Below, in pieces: positions 19,324-28,058 of a DNA stretch of 64,000 bases. Source of the DNA: an uncultured Prevotellaceae bacterium (GTDB lineage: Bacteria; Bacteroidota; Bacteroidia; Bacteroidales; Bacteroidaceae). Where the stretch lies: assembly GCA_900316445.1 (NCBI GenBank), contig ONCZ01000002.1, positions 5,986 through 69,985 of the forward strand, in the 5' to 3' direction. A model generated the notes under the pieces. That model was not told where the DNA came from and made no database searches. It saw only the letters and a program-made list of their open reading frames with translations. How positions within the stretch are numbered: position 1 is the first letter of the stretch; each line of letters opens with the position of its first letter. The position numbers and the translations under genes were made by a program.

Positions 19324-20580
19324 CTATCTTTCTGATAACATTTGGTTTGCTATCTTCTTAAATTTCAGCACACGATAGATAAACTCAACAAGATATGCTA
19401 CCATGGAAATCATAACAAACGCCATGAGAGAATTCATATGATGAGTCATATAACAACAAATGAGTAATACCAAATAAAAGCCTGTAGTAATCAGAATACT
19501 ATTTAAGACATATCTGTTATACCCGAATGCGACAAAAACATTAAAAGCGATCAGTACACTGACCGATAGCAACATTGGTGCCATTGTGAAGAGTCTGAGA
19601 GGTAGAAGATCAACTTCTTCATTCAAGAAGAACCGACCAATAAAAGGCAGGGTTATATTAACAACGACAACTAATATGAATGATATGAAGACAGATACAA
19701 TGATAGTCTTTCTAACCTCTGGAATACTTCTGTCCTTTGCTGCACGGGGGAACATTGCAATCCGGAGGATCTCGGTGGGCTTTGATACCAACAAATTTAT
19801 TTTCATACCCAAATCATAGATAACAACATTACCCATTCCAATAAGTCCACCCATTAACAAGATATTAAAGCGATCCTTGATTGCCGTTATCATATCAGAA
19901 GCAAAAATGGGCAAAGACTCCTTTATCAATGAGAATACTGCCCTGCTACTGACTTTCTTCAATCTCAAGCCCAATAGGCAAAAAACAATATACAAAGAGA
20001 AAAGGCCACCCAAAAGATAACCTATAGAATATAAAAGCGGCACCAGATAAAGATCTGATGAATCTTTAACCAATGCAAAAATCAACACGATGAAAAATGA
20101 CTTAACCATCACCACGACGAAAGTGGCATACTTCATTTTCTCCAAACCTTGGAACAGGTATTGTGGAAATAATACGTCATAAATGGCCATGCCATAGGTA
20201 AGCGTGAATATCAGGCAGCTTTCACGATAGGTTGGTGTTAACAATACAATCAATAGAAAAACGGCTAAGCCTATCAGCCAGACGACTGCTCTTCCTACAA
20301 AAACAGAACTGAATATCTCAGACAATTTTTGTTTATCGTCTCTATAGATGGAGATATATTTGGCACAAACACTGTCTGAACCCCAGATTACAAACAAAGA
20401 GATATATGATACCAGCACCTGGGCCGTGATAAACACGCCATACATATCACGCCCGATGACTCTGACCAGATACGGATAGGTAATTAGAGGGGCTATCACA
20501 TTGAATACTTGAAGAATCGTTATGTATGATGTGTTCTGTACAAGTGTTCTGTTTCTTTCTGTATTGATCTTAAGCATCAT
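19324..20580 (-). CDS. wzx: Oligosaccharide flippase (Wzx, MOP superfamily)
   Basis: 418 aa polytopic membrane protein. The N-terminus is typical of polysaccharide biosynthesis proteins. Confidence 0.8.
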   Translation of the reverse strand: MMLKINTERNRTLVQNTSYITILQVFNVIAPLITYPYLVRVIGRDMYGVFITAQVLVSYISLFVIWGSDSVCAKYISIYRDDKQKLSEIFSSVFVGRAVVWLIGLAVFLLIVLLTPTYRESCLIFTLTYGMAIYDVLFPQYLFQGLEKMKYATFVVVMVKSFFIVLIFALVKDSSDLYLVPLLYSIGYLLGGLFSLYIVFCLLGLRLKKVSSRAVFSLIKESLPIFASDMITAIKDRFNILLMGGLIGMGNVVIYDLGMKINLLVSKPTEILRIAMFPRAAKDRSIPEVRKTIIVSVFISFILVVVVNITLPFIGRFFLNEEVDLLPLRLFTMAPMLLSVSVLIAFNVFVAFGYNRYVLNSILITTGFYLVLLICCYMTHHMNSLMAFVMISMVAYLVEFIYRVLKFKKIANQMLSER

Positions 20581-21469
20581 ACTTTTTCAAGTCCAACCAA
20601 CCGCCTATGATATCATCCCATTCATCAGGTGTCACACTAAAGAAACCAGAAAGATGGAAGAAAGTCATTTCACCAAAGAATATGTGATTATTAATTAAAT
20701 ACATATCAACACGGACATGAGGAATTCCTTTTGAAAGCGTACGAGCAATTTCTTTCATTTCCTCAAACTTATCAGGCATGGATGGTCTTACTTCTGCATG
20801 AGGATCTTTAAATTTAAAAGGAAGATAATTCCAGTCCATATCAAAAAAATCTGTTCTTGGGTCTGCTGACACGTCCTTTGAAATATACATCATTTTAGGT
20901 TCTCCATTAAAACAGAAGAACTTATAATCCGTCAAAGCATCACCATTCCCATTTTCCAAGTACTTTTCCGCGATTATCCTTGGCTGAATGTCCTTATAGG
21001 GCCATTCACGCTTATTCCAATAATAATTCTTTCTAAGCTCTCTATTGAAAAAAGAACGGGCTTTAACCTTGCTGAATGTACTCTTGTCTTTGCAGATCAT
21101 AAACCCACCAGAATCATGAGTACACTTCAAGACAAACCGCTCTGGCAAATGATCAAAGTCAATCTCATCGAAAGAGTTCCATACACCTAACAGAGGGACG
21201 ACTTTATCTACACCTATTTTTCTACTCACATAATCTTTAACCGCATATTTGTCTGTCAACTTCGTATATAGCGGATTCCTATCATGCAGTTTCAGCCAAT
21301 TCAACTTTTCACTAAATGTATGGGGGGTCTTCAAATCTGGCCATTTCTTTAAATGCAGGTAATAGAAAATTTTGATGTACAACTCCGCCGGCCAAAGCCT
21401 GGCTGTCAGCACCATAAAGTAGATACCAGCCATCTCTGGCTCCTTCAGAATCTTACGAAGGTATTTCAT
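20570..21469 (-). CDS. ATP-grasp fold amidoligase (TupA-like)
   Basis: Motifs KLNWLKLHDRNPLYTKLTDKYAVKDYV, VLKCTHDSGG, DYKFFCFNGEP. Confidence 0.7.
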   Translation of the reverse strand: MKYLRKILKEPEMAGIYFMVLTARLWPAELYIKIFYYLHLKKWPDLKTPHTFSEKLNWLKLHDRNPLYTKLTDKYAVKDYVSRKIGVDKVVPLLGVWNSFDEIDFDHLPERFVLKCTHDSGGFMICKDKSTFSKVKARSFFNRELRKNYYWNKREWPYKDIQPRIIAEKYLENGNGDALTDYKFFCFNGEPKMMYISKDVSADPRTDFFDMDWNYLPFKFKDPHAEVRPSMPDKFEEMKEIARTLSKGIPHVRVDMYLINNHIFFGEMTFFHLSGFFSVTPDEWDDIIGGWLDLKKYDA

Positions 21470-21479
21470 CTTAGTTCAT

Positions 21480-23822
21480 TTATTTATGGTTGAAAATGAT
21501 AACAGGCGACGCAAGGCGCTGGCTCTCAGCCCACTCGTTCAGATGATAGATGGCAGTCTTGGGGGTCTTCCCGGAACGGCATACATAGCAGGTCATATCA
21601 GCCAGACCGTCAATCAGAATATCACCATATTGACCAACTGCTGATGTATCAAGCACGATGAGGTCGTAGTGTTCTTTCAGGATAGTCAGAACCTTCATCA
21701 TATTTTTGTGTGCCAATAAATCGGCAGGATGAACAGAAGGAATCCTACCTGCTACAAGAATGTCTGGTACACCAGAAACGGAGGATTTCTTCACTAAGTC
21801 CATAACTTGATTGATATCACTCTCCCCATTTATTAATATGCTGCACAAACCCTTCTCTTCCTGGAGGTTAAAAGCACGCGCCACTGAAGGATTGCGGAAA
21901 TCCATATCACATAACAAAACTTTCTTACCCATCTCGGCTAAGGATTCTGCAAGATGGATGGCCATATATGTCTTTCCATCACCTGTTGCATTTGAGGTGA
22001 CAAGTACGGTCTTTTGCCCTTCTTCCATTTGATGCAGCAGACTTGACCTGCAATTGACGAATGCTTCTTTTGTCAGAGATCCTTCTGAAGGGATCTCACC
22101 GCAGACAGGCAGACTGGTCAATCCTTTCAAATCCTGACTATCACTGATGGTGCCTTTCAACCATCTACGAAGATGTAATGTGATAAATGGCAGCAATATG
22201 CCTATTACCAAAGCTAACAGTAAGACAATCTTCGTTCTAGGCTTAACTTTCCTGTCGTATTGAACCATGTCTATGAAACGACCTTTATCCACCGTATTAA
22301 TCAAGTCCATGGCATTCTCCTCACGCTTCTGCAGCAATGACAGGAACACACCCTCCTTGATCTTACGTTGACGACCTATCTCCGTTAAGGCCCGTTCTTG
22401 TTCCGGCGCGTCAGCGACACGGCCCATATACTTATTATACTCCCGTTCCAGACTGCTACTGCGCAGACGAAGAGACTCTATGTCACGCTTCAGGGCATTC
22501 TTAATCACAGGTTGGAGCTCATCAAGCATCGCTGTGACGCGCATCACCTGAGGAGACTTTTCTGTAGCGCTCTTCAACAGAAGGTTCCGCTCTGTCACCA
22601 GACTATTATGACGGACGATGACTGTGACAACATCCCCGAGAGTGGCATTTGAAGAAGAGGCAGGAACAGCATCCGAAGAACTTACAGACGAAGAAACAAG
22701 ACCACCAAGATTGACAGGTATGATTTCATAGACATTGGCAGGATCATCCACATACTCCTTCATATAATTCAGAAGTTGCAATTGAATGCCAAGTCCTACA
22801 ATCTGCGACTCATAGCTACTTTTCTTCTTCATCACCTCTTCAGCGTCCACCCTCACATCGGTCACCTGATAACGTTTCTTATAACTTTCCAAATTCTCGT
22901 CGGTTAGTCCAAGATCCTTATCTACCATAGTCAGACGCTCTTTGACAAACAGATCATACTTGCTGACTTCTTTATGCTTCTCTTCCGTGGAGAATGTATT
23001 ATACTCATCTACCAAGCTATTAATGTAATCATATCCCCGTAAGATACTCTCGTCCTTCATCGACAACAGGACTGTACTCGTCGCTTTCTTAGAGGCAGTG
23101 CTGATAGCAATCCTCTTGGAGAATTGCTGGGCAGCAAGGGTCGGTGGAATGACAGACACATTCAGCTGATAGTCTTCCCGATAAGGTTTCATCTGTTCAG
23201 ATGTCAGATCTTTATTCTCTGTAAGCACCAGATTGCCGATACTGGTTTTAACTGTAAATGGGAACTGAGAAAAATGTTGCTCAGATAGTTCTGTTTTGTT
23301 CTTACCAGAATACACGATTCCCTCTACGCGGAAACCTTCGTCTGACTTATAGATTGAAAGACTGATACGATGTGCAGTCATTGGCAGGTCGTCATCCATC
23401 AGCTGAATCATCTCAGGACTGACGGACACATTGATAGGTTGATTCTTATACACCAATCGGTCCTTTAAGAATTTATGAATGCGATATTCAGTATGAAGTC
23501 CGAGTTGATTAACAACGTTTCTGGCTAATAATTTGGAACCCAGGATCTCCTTCTCATTCTCGACACCATTCGCACCACCGAGGCTACTTCCAAGACCTAA
23601 AGGAAGTTGGTTTGATAACAACAGGGCGGCACTGGAAGAACTCGAGTTACTCTTCTTCTCCGTCACTAAGATTTTACCTGTCACACTATATGCCGGATGG
23701 GCAAAGTAAATGTATAAAAGACCGCATAATAGGCATAGAACAACCGATAATGCAAACCATCTCCTATTTAACTTAAAATCCATCCAAATCTGGTGGACAT
23801 CATATATTTTTTGTTTCTTCAT
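21480..23822 (-). CDS. wzc: Polysaccharide co-polymerase / tyrosine autokinase (Wzc/GumC-like)
   Basis: N-terminal TM plus Wzz domain, coiled coil, second TM, and a C-terminal P-loop (VTSNATGDGKTYMAIHLA, LCDMDFRNP). Confidence 0.85.
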   Translation of the reverse strand: MKKQKIYDVHQIWMDFKLNRRWFALSVVLCLLCGLLYIYFAHPAYSVTGKILVTEKKSNSSSSSAALLLSNQLPLGLGSSLGGANGVENEKEILGSKLLARNVVNQLGLHTEYRIHKFLKDRLVYKNQPINVSVSPEMIQLMDDDLPMTAHRISLSIYKSDEGFRVEGIVYSGKNKTELSEQHFSQFPFTVKTSIGNLVLTENKDLTSEQMKPYREDYQLNVSVIPPTLAAQQFSKRIAISTASKKATSTVLLSMKDESILRGYDYINSLVDEYNTFSTEEKHKEVSKYDLFVKERLTMVDKDLGLTDENLESYKKRYQVTDVRVDAEEVMKKKSSYESQIVGLGIQLQLLNYMKEYVDDPANVYEIIPVNLGGLVSSSVSSSDAVPASSSNATLGDVVTVIVRHNSLVTERNLLLKSATEKSPQVMRVTAMLDELQPVIKNALKRDIESLRLRSSSLEREYNKYMGRVADAPEQERALTEIGRQRKIKEGVFLSLLQKREENAMDLINTVDKGRFIDMVQYDRKVKPRTKIVLLLALVIGILLPFITLHLRRWLKGTISDSQDLKGLTSLPVCGEIPSEGSLTKEAFVNCRSSLLHQMEEGQKTVLVTSNATGDGKTYMAIHLAESLAEMGKKVLLCDMDFRNPSVARAFNLQEEKGLCSILINGESDINQVMDLVKKSSVSGVPDILVAGRIPSVHPADLLAHKNMMKVLTILKEHYDLIVLDTSAVGQYGDILIDGLADMTCYVCRSGKTPKTAIYHLNEWAESQRLASPVIIFNHK

Positions 23823-23829
23823 ACAAGTT

Positions 23830-24600
23830 TTATTTCAAAATACTAACAAGCAGTGTAGCCACTGACACTAAGATACTTGTAGCCGACAACCAAAGTGTTG
23901 TCATACTACCAATGGTGGAGTTTTGTGCCTTGATTTTGTTCGGCTCCACATAGAGAATGTCGTTCTGCTGCAGATAGTAGTAAGGCGAATTAACGATATT
24001 GGCATCGTTCAGATTCAGAGTATGGTAGCTCTTGGTTCCGTCACTTTCCTCTCTGATGAGGGTCACATTGTTTCGGACACCATAGATAGTCAGATCTCCA
24101 GCCTTTGCCAGTGCTTCGAGAACATTTATTTTCTCACGCTCTATTTGGAACGTTCCAGGCTGATCCACCTCTCCCAACACAGAGACAGAAAAACTCGACA
24201 TCCGCACGTTCACAACTGGTTTTTCTAATTCCTTCAGATAGGGACTGATCTTCTCGGTAATCAGCTTTTCCGCCTCTGTTTTTGTCAGCCCACCTATTTT
24301 CAACTGTCCGACGATGGGGAAATTGATCATTCCATCATTATCCACAAGATAGGTCTGTAGCTGGGTCTGAGAGGTCGGCGTCACCAAGTTGAACTGTTTA
24401 GCAGCCTCAGGCGTCGTAGTACTGACAGTGATGGTCAACACGTCTTTCGGCATGATACGGGCATCTGCGAGATAACCTTGTACAGTCTTTTCTATCGCTT
24501 CGCGATTTTGGAAGTAAGTCACATTCTTGGGTGAGGCGCATGATGTCAGCAGACAAACTGCCGCAAATACCAAGAACAATAGGATATGGTTCTTTTTCAT
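23830..24600 (-). CDS. wza: Polysaccharide export outer-membrane lipoprotein (Wza-like)
   Basis: Lipobox LLTSC|ASP when started at the ATG at 24600. Poly_export and SLBB patterns (MPKDVLTITV, DGMINFPIVGQLKIGGLT). The longer ORF reaching 24738 is unlikely. Confidence 0.85.
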   Translation of the reverse strand: MKKNHILLFLVFAAVCLLTSCASPKNVTYFQNREAIEKTVQGYLADARIMPKDVLTITVSTTTPEAAKQFNLVTPTSQTQLQTYLVDNDGMINFPIVGQLKIGGLTKTEAEKLITEKISPYLKELEKPVVNVRMSSFSVSVLGEVDQPGTFQIEREKINVLEALAKAGDLTIYGVRNNVTLIREESDGTKSYHTLNLNDANIVNSPYYYLQQNDILYVEPNKIKAQNSTIGSMTTLWLSATSILVSVATLLVSILK

Positions 24601-24760
24601 AAATGATGATAATTTGTTTGCGAGTGAAGACAAAAAGAGAGGGTCACCCTGTTTCTGCAGAGTGGCTGACATATACAGTTCAATGTCCTTTACCCTCATA
24701 ATGCACTGATTCCCAGCCACATTACGCATTCCAAACATTGATATGGCATATAATTGGGTG

Positions 24761-24768
24761 CAAAGATA
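24761..24768 (-). promoter_or_regulatory. -7 box (TATCTTTG on the minus strand) of the capsule operon
   Basis: caaagata at this position. It implies a leader of roughly 155 nt before the wza ATG at 24600. Confidence 0.5.
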
Positions 24769-24832
24769 CGTAAAAAATAGCGAAAAACAAAGAAAAAGCC
24801 TCCTAATTATTCTTTCTTTGAAAGAAAAGCAT

Positions 24833-24840
24833 TACCTTTG
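24833..24840 (+). promoter_or_regulatory. -7 box TACCTTTG for the UpxY-like gene
   Basis: Matches TAnnTTTG and ends 8 nt before the ATG at 24849, giving a near-leaderless mRNA. Confidence 0.45.
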
Positions 24841-24848
24841 CCCTCGAA

Positions 24849-25388
24849 ATGGAAAGTAACGACATCATCAGATGGTACCCGATGCGGGTCACTTACCACC
24901 GCGAACTGAAGATCAAGGAACAGTTGGATCTCATGGGCATTGAGAATTTTGTGCCCATGCACTACGACCTGACAGACTCGTCTGAAGGTCCACGTAAAAC
25001 GCTTGTTCCTGCCATCCACAATCTCATCTTTGTCCACGCTTCTCAAGAGGTATTGACAAATCTGAAAATGCATCGGAAAGAATTTGACCCTATGAGATAT
25101 ATGACAAAGACCTCATCCGATGGACATAACAATTTACTTTACGTTCCTGACCGTCAAATGGAGGACTTCATGAGGGTTGCATCCGTACAAGATAACCACA
25201 TCATTTTTCTTGACGCCAGAGACTCCGCCAACATGGGCCGCCGGGTTCGCATCACCGCTGGGCGTTTCAAGGGTATCGAAGGGGTCATCAAGCGCATCAA
25301 GAAGAACAAATACTTCCTCATCCAGATCGACGGTGTGGCTGCCGTTGCCATCACTTACGTCCCCGCCGACTGTTTGGAGTTGGTATAA
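24849..25388 (+). CDS. UpxY-family transcription antiterminator (NusG paralogue)
   Basis: NGN-like N-terminus (WYPMRVTYHRELKIKEQL) and KOW motif (GRRVRITAGRFKGIEGVIKRI). Confidence 0.85.
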   Translation: MESNDIIRWYPMRVTYHRELKIKEQLDLMGIENFVPMHYDLTDSSEGPRKTLVPAIHNLIFVHASQEVLTNLKMHRKEFDPMRYMTKTSSDGHNNLLYVPDRQMEDFMRVASVQDNHIIFLDARDSANMGRRVRITAGRFKGIEGVIKRIKKNKYFLIQIDGVAAVAITYVPADCLELV

Positions 25389-25401
25389 AATTTTTATAAT
25401 T

Positions 25402-25431
25402 ATTCCCGAAACGGTCAAGCGTTTCGGGAAT
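25402..25431. terminator. Conserved CCCGAAAC hairpin, copy 1
   Basis: attcccgaaacg-gtcaag-cgtttcgggaat, a 12-bp stem between convergent genes. Confidence 0.75.
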
Positions 25432-25460
25432 AATTTATTACAAATGAGGTATAGTATTTC

Positions 25461-27950
25461 TTATGACTGAAGCATCTTGATGAGGAGTACAAGGTCTGCG
25501 GCATCCACCTTATTATCACCGTTCAAGTCGGCATTCTTGAGGTTAAAGCCTTCGAAGTCTCCCTCCATGATATATTTTACAACGGCATCAATGTCTGCAG
25601 CTTCTACCTTACCATTGCCGTCAGCATCACCAGAGATAGGTGTATCTTCCGGTTCTTCTGGATCTACCGGCTCTTCCTTCAAAATAAAAGACGTTTCAGC
25701 AGGGATTAACTCCACACCCATGTTTTCCGAGTAATACCAGATAGAATAGAAATACTTACCGTCAAGGTCAAGATCCTTAACCTCGAAGTTGACTTCCATC
25801 GTTTCTCCTGGCAGAATAGTGGTCATCACGGACTTTGTTTTATCGTACGAATAACCATAGCTTCCTGTCTTAGGATCTTCCCATGTGATCTTACACAATT
25901 GCAGCTTTATGCCATTCTCATACGTATTCGAGCCTTCATTCTTAACAATGGCATTAACCTTCAGTGTCGTACCTGTCAGTACATTATTCACGAGACCAGG
26001 CGTCGTTGCCGTAGCCGACAACAATTGCGGCTTAGCCGCTTCCACCGTAACTTGTTCAGACCAGACCTCGTTCGAAGCATAATAATCAGTTGATATCTTA
26101 AGAGTCATTGTGCCCACCTGAGCAGGTGTCAAATGCAACTTGACGTTTCCGGTCTGCCCAGCCTCCACAGAACCGCAAACGACAGTTTTCTGACTTCCCA
26201 ACGAGAGGTACACCAATTCCTGATAGGAGTCGCCATTGTTCGTCAGGTTCACTGTCACTTCTACAGGCTTTCCATACTCTAACGATGTTGGGTAGAAACT
26301 GACACTATTGACAGTAATCTTTGATGTATATTCATCTGGTTCAGACTTTCTCAGTGTCAGGTTATTGCCAGATACGACGGCCTCTATAAAGGTAATCGTC
26401 GGTGACCCATAATAATCATACGGAGTCTTGCATAACTGCCACTCTGTCGATCCTTGAAGTCTGTACATCTGACGGAACTGGTATCGGCCGTCATCTAGGT
26501 CTTTACCGAAGGAGATTGTGGGACTATTTAAGACGGCATTACTATTAATAAAATCCAAGGTAACGGGTTCTGAGACACCCAACACTTGCAGCAGACTGCC
26601 ATCCTTATACAAACCCCATCCCGTCTCAAAAGTACAGCCGTCAGTCTGGTCTGTATTTTCATATTGGAAGAAAACGAGGCCTGGAAAGACTACATCCGTG
26701 AAATCCTCATTGGCCGATACACGGCTAAACTCAGAGTTCACCAGATTCCCTTTAAACTTTCCATAAAATTGAGGTATTTCAACTTCCCCAGCTGTGCCGG
26801 GTTTCAGTCCGATGATGGCATGCTGATCCATGGAATAGCCGTCAGTACTCGTACCGCCTCCAGCTCCCAATTCATCGGGATTGGCCAAAGAGAGTACAAA
26901 GTAACCATCGCTCATGCCGCCCCATCCCCAGTTCATGTGGAAGAGCCCATTGCCATCATAACCATCGACGATAAATTGGTGACCACCGCTCATACTTGAT
27001 CCGCCATAGAGCACTGGACGGTTTTCAGAAATATCCTTATAGATCATATTCTCCCATTCTGACGATGAATACATGGATCTTATTACCTGTTTCGCATTGT
27101 TGCTAAACCCAAAATAATAGGCCATATCTACAGGAGTTATACCGGCAGACGATCCACCTAAATTATAATCCATTTCGACAGCCTGACCACAATAACGGAA
27201 CAGTTCTGCGACGGCCTCTGCCGATTCGTTTGTCTCATCTCCACGATACGTCTCTTTCATCTGAGACCACTTGAAGGTTGTTGCAGGCAACGCTTTCATT
27301 GTCCATCCATACGTACTCGTTTTATAGTCAGTAATAGCCGGGCAATCATCGAGGCATTTCCAATAATAGATCACCTGAGCCATTGCGGCAGCGACACAGC
27401 CCGTGACGCAGTGATAATTTGTCTGATCAATTGTCATGAGATGGTCTGTGTCAAAGCCAGCATCCCGCCAGTCTTTTCCACTCCAGTCGGGACACATCAT
27501 ATTATATGGGTAATTCTGATTCCACTTTGTCTTAATCAGCGGATCGACAGCATTCCAACTGTCTACCCCACGGGTCTTGACCTTTTGTACAGGCTTTGCC
27601 GAGGTGCCCAATGTCCCTATTTGACGGGCATAATTGTCGAGCCACCATTTCAGGTTCTCTGGCAACTGTTCCATATCGAGAGTGCCTGTATTGGAATAGC
27701 CAAGAATCTCCGTCGTGCGGTCATCGCCAGAAACGATGACAAAGCCCTGATTGCCATCGGCATTGAACACATAGAACGGCTCTCTTTCGGAAGAACTGGC
27801 GGAGCGAGCGAAACTTCTGGCCTCGCCAAACTGCTTACCTGGCATAAACTGTTGCGCTTTCTGCAGTGCCTGCTGTTTAGAAATTTGATCTGCATTCATG
27901 GCTACCGTCACCATGAAAGCCAATAGAGTTAATAGAACTTTCTTCATCAT
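25461..27950 (-). CDS. C10 (streptopain-like) cysteine peptidase with Ig/CARDB-like domains and a C-terminal dockerin-like module
   Basis: Signal peptide. Spi-type propeptide (ISKQQALQKAQQFMP...FYVFNADGNQGFVIVSGDD). Catalytic Cys (VTGCVAAAMAQV). His/Trp motif (GGHQFIVDGYDGNGLFHMNWGWGG). C-terminus GDADGNGKVEAADIDAVVKYI...NADLNGDNKVDAADLVLLIKML. Confidence 0.85.
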   Translation of the reverse strand: MMKKVLLTLLAFMVTVAMNADQISKQQALQKAQQFMPGKQFGEARSFARSASSSEREPFYVFNADGNQGFVIVSGDDRTTEILGYSNTGTLDMEQLPENLKWWLDNYARQIGTLGTSAKPVQKVKTRGVDSWNAVDPLIKTKWNQNYPYNMMCPDWSGKDWRDAGFDTDHLMTIDQTNYHCVTGCVAAAMAQVIYYWKCLDDCPAITDYKTSTYGWTMKALPATTFKWSQMKETYRGDETNESAEAVAELFRYCGQAVEMDYNLGGSSAGITPVDMAYYFGFSNNAKQVIRSMYSSSEWENMIYKDISENRPVLYGGSSMSGGHQFIVDGYDGNGLFHMNWGWGGMSDGYFVLSLANPDELGAGGGTSTDGYSMDQHAIIGLKPGTAGEVEIPQFYGKFKGNLVNSEFSRVSANEDFTDVVFPGLVFFQYENTDQTDGCTFETGWGLYKDGSLLQVLGVSEPVTLDFINSNAVLNSPTISFGKDLDDGRYQFRQMYRLQGSTEWQLCKTPYDYYGSPTITFIEAVVSGNNLTLRKSEPDEYTSKITVNSVSFYPTSLEYGKPVEVTVNLTNNGDSYQELVYLSLGSQKTVVCGSVEAGQTGNVKLHLTPAQVGTMTLKISTDYYASNEVWSEQVTVEAAKPQLLSATATTPGLVNNVLTGTTLKVNAIVKNEGSNTYENGIKLQLCKITWEDPKTGSYGYSYDKTKSVMTTILPGETMEVNFEVKDLDLDGKYFYSIWYYSENMGVELIPAETSFILKEEPVDPEEPEDTPISGDADGNGKVEAADIDAVVKYIMEGDFEGFNLKNADLNGDNKVDAADLVLLIKMLQS

Positions 27951-27987
27951 TCTTTATTTTTTAGTTATCATTTCTTATTTTAGGCTA

Positions 27988-27995
27988 CAAAGATA
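27988..27995 (-). promoter_or_regulatory. -7 box (TATCTTTG on the minus strand) for the 829-aa protease gene
   Basis: caaagata lies 38 nt upstream of the ATG at 27950, immediately downstream of hairpin copy 2. Confidence 0.5.
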
Positions 27996-28001
27996 CAAAT
28001 A

Positions 28002-28032
28002 AATCCCGAAACGACCAAACATTTCGGGAATT
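28002..28032. terminator. Conserved CCCGAAAC hairpin, copy 2
   Basis: aatcccgaaacgaccaaacatttcgggaatt. The loop is identical to copies 4 and 6. It ends the long protease operon. Confidence 0.75.
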
Positions 28033-28058
28033 ATTTATTAATAACTAAGGTGTAATAA

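Noticed and set aside
23830-24738. Long form of the wza ORF starting at 24738 (MFGMRNVAGN...).
   Set aside because: The first 46 residues lack signal-peptide character. The internal ATG at 24600 gives a canonical lipoprotein signal (LLTSC). The extra sequence is better explained as the operon leader.
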